From the IMG/VR virus record IMGVR_UViG_3300010362_000012, positions 20,425 to 84,424 of that record: a stretch of DNA of 64,000 nt. The stretch is one strand, 5' to 3'. The stretch comes from a virus. Its lineage: Duplodnaviria; Caudoviricetes. The position numbers and the translations under genes are program-made. Numbering within the stretch: position 1 is the first letter of the stretch; every line of letters begins with the position of its first letter. Under the pieces are notes generated by a model that had not been told where the DNA came from, did no database searches, and saw nothing but the letters and a program-made list of their open reading frames with translations. Positions 10,569 to 20,248 of this stretch are shown here, one piece after another.

Positions 10569-12124
10569 GTGGTCCCCCAGAAGTCGCCGAGGCTGTAGGC
10601 TGCGACCTCCCGCGGCTCGTCGCGCTCGACGGAACGCAGGTATTCAATCTCCGCGCGCGTGCGCTCGTCGAGCTTCGACAGATCGCGTCCCTCCGGTTTC
10701 GGCGCGACGCCCGGCGGTTCCGGCCGCGACATCACGAGATAGCGCAGCGCCTTGGCCGCCTGCACCGGTCCGTCATCGTCGAGATCTTCGGGATTCGCCG
10801 TCGCCTGCAGGAGCTGCGGCACGGTCCGGATGAGCGTCGAGCAGTCCGGACTCACAATCAGCGCCGGCTGCTCGCCGGCCGGCGTGATCATCGGCTGGAA
10901 CCAGTGCTGGAGTCGTTGCCACCCGTTGATCGGATCGTGATCGGACCGGATCACCGGCACGCCGTGCAGGTAGAGCGTTTCGAACGTGTGCTCGCCGATT
11001 TCATCATCGGGAACGGTCTTCAGCGGGTTGCCCCACACCTGGCTCATCGTCAATTTCGATTGCGCGTTGATCAGGCTGATCGCTTTGGCGACATCGCTCG
11101 CGACCGTTTCGTTGAACGTGTGCTCGCGCTCGATGTAGAGCCGCCCGTCGGGCAGGACGACCGCCCAAAGCATGATCCCCGGTCGGAAAAAGCCCCAGTG
11201 CAGGCCGCAGAGGCGCGGGACGTCGTGCGGCACATCGATGTGCTGCACGCGGTCGTGCCGGACGAAGGTTTTGAAATATTGGCGCGGGAACACGTCGCGC
11301 CGGCCGAAGCGGAACATCGCGCGCCGCTCCGGTGAGAGCCCGGCCAGGTTTTGCACGTACCGCGGGTCCGCGTATGGGTTGTCCTCGAGTTTCGCGGCCA
11401 CGAAGTGGTACTGCGACGGATCCCAGTCCGGAAATTTCGTGCGATCGAACGTTTTGTCGATGAACATCTCCTCGACGAACGCCGAAAGCGGACCGCCAGG
11501 GTTTTCGCCGGCCAGGACGAGGCCGCGCCAGGTCGATCGCTTCCGCGTGCGGCCCGTCGAGGGCATGATCTCGACAAATTGGGTCTGTTCGAATTCCTCG
11601 AGCTGATCGAAGACGATCAAATCGACGTCGCCGCCGATGTAGGCCTTGTAGGCATCGGGTTCGAAGCAACTCCCCCACGTCAGCTCGCTGTCGTTGTCCC
11701 AGACGACTGAGTTGGTCATGTACTTCGCGCCGATCTGCTTGGTTTCGCGGATCGCGTAGCGCATGTGATTCAGGCGCAGCTCCGGCATGGTGCGCCGCAG
11801 GAACAACACGCTGAAATTCTCGAATTTGCCGCAGTAGCGATACGCGACCATCCGTAACAGATGCGATTTCGCCGAATTCCGATGCCCGCCGATGGCGATC
11901 GCCGCGTACTGCTGCGATTCGATCGCGTCGAGGAGCTCGACTTGCTTCGGCAGCGGCAGAAAAAACAGCCGCTTGTCGGTGGTGAGCTGTTTGTACGCGA
12001 GTTGGCGCTCGAAACACTCGTCGGTCGGGCACGCCCAGGCGGCGACGCGGTCCACCGTGCGCTGAATGAATTCGCTGTCGCAAAAACAGCAGCGAAATTC
12101 CGGCACCCAGCCGAGCGTCGTCAT
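10565..12124 (-). CDS. terL: Terminase large subunit, nuclease-degenerate (mirror of 31453-33012)
   Basis: Mirror copy. Confidence 0.88.
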   Translation of the reverse strand: MTTLGWVPEFRCCFCDSEFIQRTVDRVAAWACPTDECFERQLAYKQLTTDKRLFFLPLPKQVELLDAIESQQYAAIAIGGHRNSAKSHLLRMVAYRYCGKFENFSVLFLRRTMPELRLNHMRYAIRETKQIGAKYMTNSVVWDNDSELTWGSCFEPDAYKAYIGGDVDLIVFDQLEEFEQTQFVEIMPSTGRTRKRSTWRGLVLAGENPGGPLSAFVEEMFIDKTFDRTKFPDWDPSQYHFVAAKLEDNPYADPRYVQNLAGLSPERRAMFRFGRRDVFPRQYFKTFVRHDRVQHIDVPHDVPRLCGLHWGFFRPGIMLWAVVLPDGRLYIEREHTFNETVASDVAKAISLINAQSKLTMSQVWGNPLKTVPDDEIGEHTFETLYLHGVPVIRSDHDPINGWQRLQHWFQPMITPAGEQPALIVSPDCSTLIRTVPQLLQATANPEDLDDDGPVQAAKALRYLVMSRPEPPGVAPKPEGRDLSKLDERTRAEIEYLRSVERDEPREVAAYSLGDFWGTT

Positions 12125-12240
12125 GATCGGCTCGTGATCCGCCTGGTGATCAAGACGAAACAGTGTACGCACCAGCCGTGATGCCACGTCCAACGGTTGC
12201 AACGTGGACAGAGAATCTCGTCGCGGTCATTGGCGCTCAT
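12121..12240 (-). CDS. 39-aa Cys/His-rich peptide (mirror of 31337-31456)
   Basis: Mirror copy. Confidence 0.45.
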   Translation of the reverse strand: MSANDRDEILCPRCNRWTWHHGWCVHCFVLITRRITSRS

Positions 12241-12749
12241 GTTTCGAGGATCGGCATCCCGTACTGCGCTTCGAAGTGGCGGCGCGATCGTCGATAGAGC
12301 TTCGTCTTCACGCCCTTCGTGTCTTCGGTCACGAACGCGACCTCGCCGGCGCGACGATACACGAAATCCGCGATCCACTTGCCGACGACGTGCGTGCGGC
12401 CATCGACGATCGACACGACGGTGAGATCGTATTCGACCTGGCACTGCAGATCGCTGATCGCCTTCGCCTGCTCGAGCCGCTTGAGCTCGAGATAGCGCCG
12501 GCCTTCCTTCGTCGAGGCGAACCAGAGGCCGACGATCGCGCAGCGCGCGGCGCGTTCTTTCAGCGTGCCCGTGCCGATGCGTTGCTGAGCGAATTCTGCG
12601 GTGGTGATGTCGGCCGCGGTGAATAGCGTGCCGTCAGGTGTGACGATGCAGGGCTCGGCGCGGTACTTCTGCCGTGCCTCAGCAGGCCTTTGTTTCGGCG
12701 CGGCGAGGCGGGCGAGATCGGTCGGCGTGACGCGTTCCCACCCGCGCAC
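12237..12749 (-). CDS. DUF1064-family PD-(D/E)XK-like protein (mirror of 30828-31340)
   Basis: Mirror copy. Confidence 0.8.
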   Translation of the reverse strand: MRGWERVTPTDLARLAAPKQRPAEARQKYRAEPCIVTPDGTLFTAADITTAEFAQQRIGTGTLKERAARCAIVGLWFASTKEGRRYLELKRLEQAKAISDLQCQVEYDLTVVSIVDGRTHVVGKWIADFVYRRAGEVAFVTEDTKGVKTKLYRRSRRHFEAQYGMPILET

Positions 12750-12752
12750 GGA

Positions 12753-12947
12753 TCACGCTGCGCTCGCGCCTTCAGCCGGCGATGGCGTCTCTGGCGTCCG
12801 AGTCAACCGCTTCAGTTCGCGTAGCAACATCCGCCTAACCTGAGCTGTTCGCGAACGGTCGCCTTCGGCAGCCAACGCATCGACCTTGTCGAGCAGTTCG
12901 GCTTCCAGTCGGAGGTAGAGGGTCTTACGCGAGGTGTTACGCGCCAT
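12753..12947 (-). CDS. Ribbon-helix-helix regulator (mirror of 30630-30824)
   Basis: Mirror copy. Confidence 0.75.
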   Translation of the reverse strand: MARNTSRKTLYLRLEAELLDKVDALAAEGDRSRTAQVRRMLLRELKRLTRTPETPSPAEGASAA

Positions 12948-13291
12948 AGTGAGTCAGATTCTATAACACGAATTAACAACAGTACCGGACAATCTGACAT
13001 TGAGTCAGGATTGTGGTATTGTGCCCGCCAATGTCTTCGCCCCAAGGGGTTGTGTCAGCCGAAAAATAACTGGTAAATAACCCAGTTTCTTTCCATGAAA
13101 CGGAGCGGTAACGTGTGCAACTCGCGAGTTTCGGCTAGGTGTTTACGGTCCCGGCTGGTCCCCTCCACTCGCCGCCGGACCCCCATCGCCGCCTCTCAGG
13201 CGGCATCTGCCGCGCACATGGCCCACAGGTGTGGCACGCCTGGCACTTTCCGTATCGGCGGACAGCCTTGTTCGCTGCACACCGGTCAAGC

Positions 13292-14002
13292 ATGACCGAC
13301 ACTGCTGACCCCCCGCGCCGCGAGCCGCAGTGGGGACGGACGTACCAGTGGGTGATCAAACAATGCCGCGGTAAACCCCTCGCCGCCCACCTGTACAGTC
13401 ATCTCGCGTCCACCTACGGCTATCGCCATCGCACCTTTCATCCCGATCGCCAGCGACTCGCCGCGGAACTGGGCTGCAAGTCCGTCCGCACGATCGCCCG
13501 CGCGCTCGATCATCTGCGCGACATCGACGCCATCCGCACGACCGAACGCCGGCGCGACGGGAAAAATGCCGCGCTCCTGATCGAGCTCGTCGGGATCGAC
13601 TACTTTCGGGAGGCTCCCAAGCAGGAGGACTCTACAGTCCCTCTGGCCGAGCAGGGGGACTCTACGATCCCTCTGAAAGGGCGTTCAGAGGGACTTGAAG
13701 TGGGGTTTCAGGGGGACTCTAGAGTCCCCGCACGTAACAGATCGATCTGTACAGATCTAAATACTAAGAACCCCCCTACCCCCCTTAAAAGGGGGGACCC
13801 CCCCGAAACAACCCCCCGCATCACCAGAGACGACCGGAACCGAGCGGCCGAAGTGATGAAACTGCGCTTAGGACGCTGCCTGGGTCACGACCCGCCCTGC
13901 CGGTCACCGGCGGAGTGTCGGGCGAAGTTGGCCGCCGAGTACGCCGTGAATCGCGTCGAGCTCGAACGCGAGAGCTTGCACGCCGCGATGGGTGTGCGGT
14001 GA
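13292..14002 (+). CDS. HTH replication initiator (mirror of 29575-30285)
   Basis: Mirror copy. Confidence 0.7.
   Translation: MTDTADPPRREPQWGRTYQWVIKQCRGKPLAAHLYSHLASTYGYRHRTFHPDRQRLAAELGCKSVRTIARALDHLRDIDAIRTTERRRDGKNAALLIELVGIDYFREAPKQEDSTVPLAEQGDSTIPLKGRSEGLEVGFQGDSRVPARNRSICTDLNTKNPPTPLKRGDPPETTPRITRDDRNRAAEVMKLRLGRCLGHDPPCRSPAECRAKLAAEYAVNRVELERESLHAAMGVR
13622..13770. promoter_or_regulatory. Iterons plus AT-rich tract, putative origin (mirror of 29807-29955)
   Basis: CAGGAGGACTCTACAGTCCC, CAGGGGGACTCTACGATCCC, CAGAGGGACTT, CAGGGGGACTCTAGAGTCCC. Confidence 0.65.
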
Positions 14003-14262
14003 CGACGCGCCAGTGGGTCCGGGCAACCCGCAATCGCTTCTGCGGCCGATGCCGCGCCAAGATCCGGCGCGGGGACGCGATGGTCGAGATCCGGATGCAC
14101 CAGGTCACGCGCGCGCTCGTGCGTTGTCCCGTCTGCGCGGACGCGGCGGTTCCGGATGATCTGCCGCCGCTCCCGGATCCGATCGCGCCCTTCAGTCCAG
14201 CCCCTTTTCCGGTCGGGGCCGTCAGCGCCGGCCGGCGCGGCCGATACGGAGAAGACACATGA
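13999..14262 (+). CDS. Zn-finger hypothetical protein (mirror of 29315-29578)
   Basis: Mirror copy. Confidence 0.55.
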   Translation: MTTRQWVRATRNRFCGRCRAKIRRGDAMVEIRMHQVTRALVRCPVCADAAVPDDLPPLPDPIAPFSPAPFPVGAVSAGRRGRYGEDT

Positions 14263-14408
14263 CCATCGCCCTCTGGATGTTCAACAGCGCGATCGTGATC
14301 GGGCTCGTCGTCTGGTGGCGCGCGCGGCGGGGGAGTCGCGACTCGGAGCTCCGCGTGCTCATGACGCGCAAGCGTGTGGCGGAAATGTGCGACCGCGACG
14401 TGCATTGA
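14259..14408 (+). CDS. 49-aa TM peptide (mirror of 29169-29318)
   Basis: Mirror copy. Confidence 0.5.
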   Translation: MTIALWMFNSAIVIGLVVWWRARRGSRDSELRVLMTRKRVAEMCDRDVH

Positions 14409-14435
14409 CAATGCGCGGTACGATCAGCCGGGGCG

Positions 14436-14738
14436 GTGATGCAACTGTCCGAACGACCCGTCCGCGATGCGTGGCAAGTGCTGCACGAGACGGGCCTGCT
14501 GGGCATCCTCATCGCGATCCTGATCGGCGGCTGGAAAAAGTGGTGGATCTTCGGCTGGCAACATCGCGAAGTGATCGACATGCTGAACCAGCACCATGAC
14601 GAGGAACTCACCCGCGTGTCGGCCGATCGCGATGACTGGAAGCGGATGGTGCTGGACGCGCCACGCCGCGACGTGTGGGACGACAACAAACGGCGCGCCG
14701 CGCAAGCGGCCCGCGAAGCCAGAGGAAGTGCCGCATGA
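14436..14738 (+). CDS. Holin-like membrane protein (mirror of 28839-29141)
   Basis: Mirror copy. Confidence 0.5.
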   Translation: MMQLSERPVRDAWQVLHETGLLGILIAILIGGWKKWWIFGWQHREVIDMLNQHHDEELTRVSADRDDWKRMVLDAPRRDVWDDNKRRAAQAAREARGSAA

Positions 14739-15082
14739 CGAAGCACGCCGCTCCGAAACCGACCGATGACGCGACCACGGCAGCCGAGGCCGCGCCGCGC
14801 GCGATCGAGGCGGTCGCGAAAGACAAATGCGTCGAGCAGTTCGACGGCTACGTCACGGTGACGATCGACGATGATCCCACGATCAGGCGCGGCGACGGAT
14901 CGCCGGCCGAAGTCGGCGACGTGCTCAGTGTGCAACCCGATGGCACGCTGCAAGCGCGCGAATCGGGCGCGAACGGCGCGTACGAGCTCGCGAAACCGAG
15001 CGGCAACTGGCTCGTCTACCGCCCGATCGTCGGCGGCAAGGCCTTTCTGATTCCGCTCGCCACCGACTGGCCGAACGTATGA
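14735..15082 (+). CDS. Fascin/beta-trefoil-like small protein (mirror of 28495-28842)
   Basis: Mirror copy. Confidence 0.55.
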   Translation: MTKHAAPKPTDDATTAAEAAPRAIEAVAKDKCVEQFDGYVTVTIDDDPTIRRGDGSPAEVGDVLSVQPDGTLQARESGANGAYELAKPSGNWLVYRPIVGGKAFLIPLATDWPNV

Positions 15083-15339
15083 TCACGGCCCTTGCGACTG
15101 GCGACGATGGTAAACAGATCATCGTGCTCGGACTGTCGTACGAGAACCTGAAGCGGCTCCGCGACGGAAAACCGATTCACGTGCGCTCAGATGTCCACGC
15201 GGGATTTCCGGAAAATCTCGCGATCATGATTTTCGCCGGCGCGACAGAACGCGCGATGGCCGAGCAACTGCAACCCTTGATTTCCGCCGCGACGAAGGTC
15301 ATCGCCGTGCCGAGAGATCACGACAAGCCGAAAGGGTGA
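15079..15339 (+). CDS. Hypothetical protein (mirror of 28238-28498)
   Basis: Mirror copy. Confidence 0.65.
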   Translation: MITALATGDDGKQIIVLGLSYENLKRLRDGKPIHVRSDVHAGFPENLAIMIFAGATERAMAEQLQPLISAATKVIAVPRDHDKPKG

Positions 15340-15343
15340 AGCG

Positions 15344-16522
15344 ATGCGAACGCTCACGCGCGTAGAGACGGCCCTCGTGATCAACAGCGCGGCCATGACA
15401 GTCCCGCGGCCACCGCGCGACCGGCGCAATTTTCTGGCGAGCTACTGCAGTCATCGCGATGATGAAGACGAGGTCGTGTTCGATCCGATTTACTTCGGCG
15501 TGTGGTGGCAGAGCCGCGATTTCACGCGACTCGATCGCTGCCTCGAGGTTAAGCGATCACTCGGCGTGAATGCCATCCAGCTCGCCGTGCAGGGCGGCTA
15601 TCCCGGCTACATGGCGGGCGCGACCTACGATTTCCGCACCAATCTCGCCGACTACGGCGCACTCTGTGACTACATCGTCGCGGAGGGCTTCACGCCGATC
15701 ATTCTCGTCGGCACCGCGGACGGAGGCACCCATCAGGAAATTTACAACGGGCAGATGGCGCGGACCCTCGACGCCGTCGCGCACCTGGCGAAGGATGCGT
15801 GGTACTGCGCCGGCTACGAGCAGAATCTCGATCGGGGCGGCGCGTACAACTGCAAGAACATGGACGACGCGCTGAAGCTGATGCGATCACACGTCGGCGA
15901 CGACGGGCTGCTCGCGCTCTGGCTGCAGCCGACGCGCTGCACGCCGGCCGGCTACTGGGGCAGCTACAAACCGAACAAGCCAACCACGCCCGACTGGAAC
16001 CCGACCGAGCTCTATTGGAAGCAAAGCGATCAGAATCCCGACGAAGGCGCCTGGCTCGAGGTCGAGGATCCGTACGAAGGCGACGAACAGGGCGCGTACT
16101 ACAAGAGCGCTGGCGTGGAGATCGACGGCTTGCTCTATCAGACCGATCACGGCAACAACGGCCCCGCCTACGTCAGTGGGGGACCGGGCCTCGACGCGCA
16201 CGGCAAGCCGCGCTGGTGGGATCGCTGGATCGAGATCTGCGACCGCTTCCTGCCGCCCGGCACGCCGATGCCGCTCGCGCAGGGCTTCATCGATAGCAGC
16301 AACCTGACGCATCCGAACGCGACTGCGCCGTCGATCAGCGCACCGGACTGGTTCCACGACGCGAGTCGCCGCCGTGGCCGTCCGGTGCTCTGTCTCTGGG
16401 AAACGGTCCCGTACGAATACACGCGCGACGCCTGCAGCGACGAAGCCGTCCAACGCTGCAGTCAGGACTCGATCGGCCTGGGCGTTACCGTGCAAGGTTG
16501 CTGGCAACCATCGACATCGTGA
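15344..16522 (+). CDS. TIM-barrel glycoside-hydrolase-like protein (mirror of 27055-28233)
   Basis: Mirror copy. Confidence 0.55.
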   Translation: MRTLTRVETALVINSAAMTVPRPPRDRRNFLASYCSHRDDEDEVVFDPIYFGVWWQSRDFTRLDRCLEVKRSLGVNAIQLAVQGGYPGYMAGATYDFRTNLADYGALCDYIVAEGFTPIILVGTADGGTHQEIYNGQMARTLDAVAHLAKDAWYCAGYEQNLDRGGAYNCKNMDDALKLMRSHVGDDGLLALWLQPTRCTPAGYWGSYKPNKPTTPDWNPTELYWKQSDQNPDEGAWLEVEDPYEGDEQGAYYKSAGVEIDGLLYQTDHGNNGPAYVSGGPGLDAHGKPRWWDRWIEICDRFLPPGTPMPLAQGFIDSSNLTHPNATAPSISAPDWFHDASRRRGRPVLCLWETVPYEYTRDACSDEAVQRCSQDSIGLGVTVQGCWQPSTS

Positions 16523-16524
16523 GA

Positions 16525-16893
16525 CTACGGTGTGCAGGTGATGACGATCGAAGAGCACTGCGCCAGGACTGGCGTGCCCGCGCAGAACGTCAAGCCTGTA
16601 TTCGCGACGATGAACGCGTCGCGGTGCTGCACACCAGCCGCAACCGTCATCGACTGCGACTGCTGACTGGGTCCGAGTGTGCTGACGAGAGAACCGTCCC
16701 ACTGGACATTCAACGTCAGATTGGTGCCGTTGCGAAATGTGATCTCCGCGGTGTTATTCGCTTGGCACGCAGGAGTGGCTGGCACGGGGGGGGTTGTAGG
16801 TGCTGTCGGAGACGATCCGCCGCACGCACTGAGGACGAGTGCAGCCGCCAACGTGAAAGAAACGAAGACGCGAGTATGCTTAGGGTCAGCCAT
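16525..16893 (-). CDS. Lipoprotein (mirror of 26684-27052)
   Basis: Mirror copy. Confidence 0.8.
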   Translation of the reverse strand: MADPKHTRVFVSFTLAAALVLSACGGSSPTAPTTPPVPATPACQANNTAEITFRNGTNLTLNVQWDGSLVSTLGPSQQSQSMTVAAGVQHRDAFIVANTGLTFCAGTPVLAQCSSIVITCTP

Positions 16894-16995
16894 CTGTCGG
16901 CACCTCCTATGTGCCGGTTCGTGGTTAGAGGCGGCTGACGTCTCATCACGTCAGTTGCCTCGCTCTACTGTATCACGTTCCTGCCGGAACACCCA

Positions 16996-17421
16996 TCAAG
17001 CTGCGGCGACATGGCGTACGCCCGTTCGACACGTCTTGCAAATGAACTCGACGTCGAACGGGTCGCTGTAATCACCAAGTTGGCGAACCTGCAGTTCGTC
17101 CATCGAGCCGCACGCGCACGGCCGGCGCTCGAGCTTCCCGCGAGCGAGATGAGAATTTGTCAGACGACGGCAATTCGCACGGCGCCGAGCTTCGGGATCC
17201 AACTCGGAGTGCTTCGGTCGCGTCGCGCGGGCATATTCGTTGTGGCAGGCGCGACAGTACCGCTGCCCAGGACGATCGTTGTCCTCGCCGCACTTCGAAC
17301 AGAGCGGAGAGATACCCGTCTTCACCCGTCGCGGCCTGCGCCGCTGAAATGTGGAACGTGAAACTGTTCCACGTGGATAGAGGCCGAGAGCCGCCAATAC
17401 CTCGACTGTGACTGAGTCCAT
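16996..17421 (-). CDS. Degenerate HNH/Zn-finger protein (mirror of 26156-26581)
   Basis: Mirror copy. Confidence 0.6.
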   Translation of the reverse strand: MDSVTVEVLAALGLYPRGTVSRSTFQRRRPRRVKTGISPLCSKCGEDNDRPGQRYCRACHNEYARATRPKHSELDPEARRRANCRRLTNSHLARGKLERRPCACGSMDELQVRQLGDYSDPFDVEFICKTCRTGVRHVAAA

Positions 17422-17515
17422 GTCGGACTCCTTCTGACGCGGGCGGTGGGCTGGGCAGCCACTGGAAAGCACCCGCAGAGGCGTAGTAGGGCAGATCCCG
17501 TAACACTTGTCAACC

Positions 17516-17535
17516 GTGTAGACAGTTGTCTACAC
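17516..17535. promoter_or_regulatory. Palindromic operator (mirror of 26042-26061)
   Basis: GTGTAGACA-GT-TGTCTACAC inside the TTGTCA...TACACT promoter. Confidence 0.7.
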
Positions 17536-17546
17536 TAGTCAGCCTC

Positions 17547-17720
17547 ATGGCGAAATCTCGATCGACGGTGACGATTTCCGTGCGCGGCCCGCGCCGCTTG
17601 CGTGATGACCTGTTCCGACTGGCGCGCAAAGCGCAGCGCACGCCGTCGGATTATTTGCGGCTGCAGCTTGCCGACATCGTGCGGCGGGCGCGTGATGACA
17701 AAGAAGGAGCGAATACATGA
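17547..17720 (+). CDS. RHH regulator (mirror of 25857-26030)
   Basis: Mirror copy. Confidence 0.7.
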   Translation: MAKSRSTVTISVRGPRRLRDDLFRLARKAQRTPSDYLRLQLADIVRRARDDKEGANT

Positions 17721-17971
17721 GTGAGGTGAACCCGTCGGTGGCGGCGCTCAATGCCGAGATTGAAGTGCGCCAGGACGAGCTCGACAAGCTGCGAACCGCG
17801 CTCGGTATTCTGGAATCAGCCCGTGCGAGTGTCGCGCCGAACGGCCACGCCGCCGCGGCCAAGGTCGCCACGCCGAAGAAGCAGCGGCCCCGCCGCATGT
17901 CGGCCGCCGCGCGTAAGGCGATATCGAAACGGATGCGCGCCTACTGGAAAGCACAGCGCGCAGAGAGATGA
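17717..17971 (+). CDS. Nucleoid-associated-like protein (mirror of 25606-25860)
   Basis: Mirror copy. Confidence 0.65.
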   Translation: MSEVNPSVAALNAEIEVRQDELDKLRTALGILESARASVAPNGHAAAAKVATPKKQRPRRMSAAARKAISKRMRAYWKAQRAER

Positions 17972-17982
17972 GGTGACCGACG

Positions 17983-18207
17983 ATGCCCGAATCGGCTGAC
18001 CAACATGCGATGCGACAGACCTGGGTGGCGATGAGGAAGTTCGCCGCGGACGAACCGTTGACCGACGCCGACTGGGACGCCCTGAGTTGGTTGACGATGC
18101 TTGACCGCACGCAACGCTGGTTCGGGCCGGGCAACGTGCGTTGGGCAACGTCCGCGGCCGAGCGTGCCGACAACCTGGCGTTCTATCAGTCGCTCGGCCG
18201 TCAATGA
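17983..18207 (+). CDS. Hypothetical protein (mirror of 25370-25594)
   Basis: Mirror copy. Confidence 0.6.
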   Translation: MPESADQHAMRQTWVAMRKFAADEPLTDADWDALSWLTMLDRTQRWFGPGNVRWATSAAERADNLAFYQSLGRQ

Positions 18208-18659
18208 GCCGCTACGCGAGCACGACGACGGTCAACGTCGATAAGAGCAAACGCGAGATCGAAGGCCTGCTGCGGCAGCATGGTGCCGAGCAGTATCACA
18301 CCGGGTGGGACTCGACGAGGGACATCATCGAATTCGGCTGGAAGGGCAAACAGATCCGATTCGTGCTGCCGCGGCCCGCTCGGAAAGATCACGCGCGCTC
18401 GCCGGCGGGCCGCACGCGGACGCCGCGGCAAATCGACGACGCGATCGACCAGGCGGAACGGCAGCGCTGGCGGGCGCTCTATCTCATCGTCCGTGCGAAG
18501 CTCGAGGCGGTCGAGGCCGGCATCTCGATCTTCGAAGAGGAATTCATGGCGTTCATCGTCGTGCCGGGGTCGAACCAGACGGTCGGCGAGATTTTGGTGC
18601 CCCGCATCCAGGCCGGCACGTTCGACGTGTCACGCCTCCTGCCGGCGGGGACACCGTAA
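18204..18659 (+). CDS. Conserved phage hypothetical protein (mirror of 24918-25373)
   Basis: Mirror copy. Confidence 0.75.
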   Translation: MSRYASTTTVNVDKSKREIEGLLRQHGAEQYHTGWDSTRDIIEFGWKGKQIRFVLPRPARKDHARSPAGRTRTPRQIDDAIDQAERQRWRALYLIVRAKLEAVEAGISIFEEEFMAFIVVPGSNQTVGEILVPRIQAGTFDVSRLLPAGTP

Positions 18660-19094
18660 ATGGCGAAGCCGCTGCTCATTCTCGACGAAGTCGTGGCGAT
18701 GCTCAAGGTGACGAGCGCGCCGAATCGCGTGATTGAGGCCTTCCGGCAGCAGGCTGAAGCGGTCCTGGCGGCACGTAACATCCGCGAGGTCGAGGTCACG
18801 ACAGATGAAGAACCCGAGGTGGATTCCATCACGGTGAGCTCGAGCTACGGGCAGAAGACGCAGAAGGGCTATGTGGAATTCACGCTGAACGAACAACGGT
18901 CGCAGATGCCGCCGGCGAAGGCGCGCGAGGTTGGACTGATGCTGCTCGAGGCCGCCGAGGCCGCGACATCGGACGAAATATTCGTGAAACTGCTGCGCGA
19001 GAAAGTCGGCATCGACGTCGAGCGCGCCGGCATGGTACTGATCGATCTGCGCGAGCTCCGTCAGGGGACGCGCGGCATCTCGTGGCCGTCATGA
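18660..19094 (+). CDS. Hypothetical protein (mirror of 24483-24917)
   Basis: Mirror copy. Confidence 0.7.
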   Translation: MAKPLLILDEVVAMLKVTSAPNRVIEAFRQQAEAVLAARNIREVEVTTDEEPEVDSITVSSSYGQKTQKGYVEFTLNEQRSQMPPAKAREVGLMLLEAAEAATSDEIFVKLLREKVGIDVERAGMVLIDLRELRQGTRGISWPS

Positions 19095-19315
19095 ATCGCC
19101 CTGAACGGATGGCCCAGGCGGTGGACGAGATCGCCGCCGCGCTCGAATCTGATACGTTGCGACCAGAGGATCGCAAGGCGTTGATCGACATCATGCACAC
19201 AACCGATCCCATGATGCTGAAGGTGTGCCTGCGCATGTACTACAGCGATCGTGATCGAGCGGATCGGACGCCACGCGAATTCCTATACGTGCATCTCGGA
19301 ATGTTGCTCGGATGA
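19082..19315 (+). CDS. Hypothetical protein (mirror of 24262-24495)
   Basis: Mirror copy. Confidence 0.6.
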   Translation: MAVMNRPERMAQAVDEIAAALESDTLRPEDRKALIDIMHTTDPMMLKVCLRMYYSDRDRADRTPREFLYVHLGMLLG

Positions 19316-19581
19316 AGAAGCGGCCGACAGACGTTCACGCGGGCAACTACTACGGTGTGCGCCACGGCGGCGGGCCGCTCGAGCCGGCGCCGCCAGGACG
19401 CCCGGATCACGTCGTCTGCCGGCGCGTGGCCGACTACGATATCTCGCTGCCGGCCGGCGCGGCGACCACGATCTGCAATCGCTGCGCGGCGCCGATCGCC
19501 TTCAACCCGAAGGGACCGCATCAGGACGTGCCGAAGATTTGTATGCAGTGTGCGCGGATCAAACCGCTGCCGATGACGTGA
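19312..19581 (+). CDS. Zn-binding hypothetical protein (mirror of 23996-24265)
   Basis: Mirror copy. Confidence 0.6.
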   Translation: MKKRPTDVHAGNYYGVRHGGGPLEPAPPGRPDHVVCRRVADYDISLPAGAATTICNRCAAPIAFNPKGPHQDVPKICMQCARIKPLPMT

Positions 19582-19832
19582 TGCGGTGATGGGCCTGCGA
19601 GACGTGCTCCGGCCAGTAGACCGACGTCCGCCAACCCGATTTGTCTTTCGCCCAGGCGGCAATTTGGGCCTGCGCCCACGCGACCGCTTCGACGCGCTGC
19701 CGCGCTGACCAGCGTCGAATCACCGCGACGTTGACATTCGCGCCGGCAACCGCGAGCAGTTGATGGACGCCATCACAGACGAGGAGCGTCCGCAGCCGAT
19801 GTTGGGATCGACGACGCTGTCTGTTGGAACGC

Positions 19833-20027
19833 TTACGGTCGCCAGCGCGCATTCGAGGCATTTTTCCGACGATCCATCCTTCCGCGGCGCCGTCCAATGG
19901 ACGCGTCCCATCGACGATCGTGTCCATTCGAGCGGCGATCGGCTGGGCCGACGCGGCGCTCGACAGCGTCCCAGGGTGGCGGGGGTTCTTTGGCACCGAC
20001 GACGAACCCCTTCAAGTCACTTGCCAT
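19833..20027 (-). CDS. ERR/DRR-repeat peptide (mirror of 23550-23744)
   Basis: Mirror copy. Confidence 0.45.
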   Translation of the reverse strand: MASDLKGFVVGAKEPPPPWDAVERRVGPADRRSNGHDRRWDASIGRRRGRMDRRKNASNARWRP

Positions 20028-20235
20028 GGATCCGCTTCTTCAGATTGCGGAGCGAATGCGCCGCTGCCGGTTTGCTCGAGCGCACATGTTCGGGTTTCCC
20101 GGCCATCGAACCGGAAGCGAAGTCCTCCAAGTCGCTGTCGGACATGCTCGCGCGTACTTGGCGCGCCATCGGGAAGTCAGCTCCCGCCTTGGCGGCCTGA
20201 AACAATCGCTGCGAGGCTTTTGATGGTGCTGGCAT
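20017..20235 (-). CDS. DUF3008-like protein (mirror of 23342-23560)
   Basis: Mirror copy. Confidence 0.65.
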   Translation of the reverse strand: MPAPSKASQRLFQAAKAGADFPMARQVRASMSDSDLEDFASGSMAGKPEHVRSSKPAAAHSLRNLKKRIHGK

Positions 20236-20248
20236 TGCATTCTCGCTT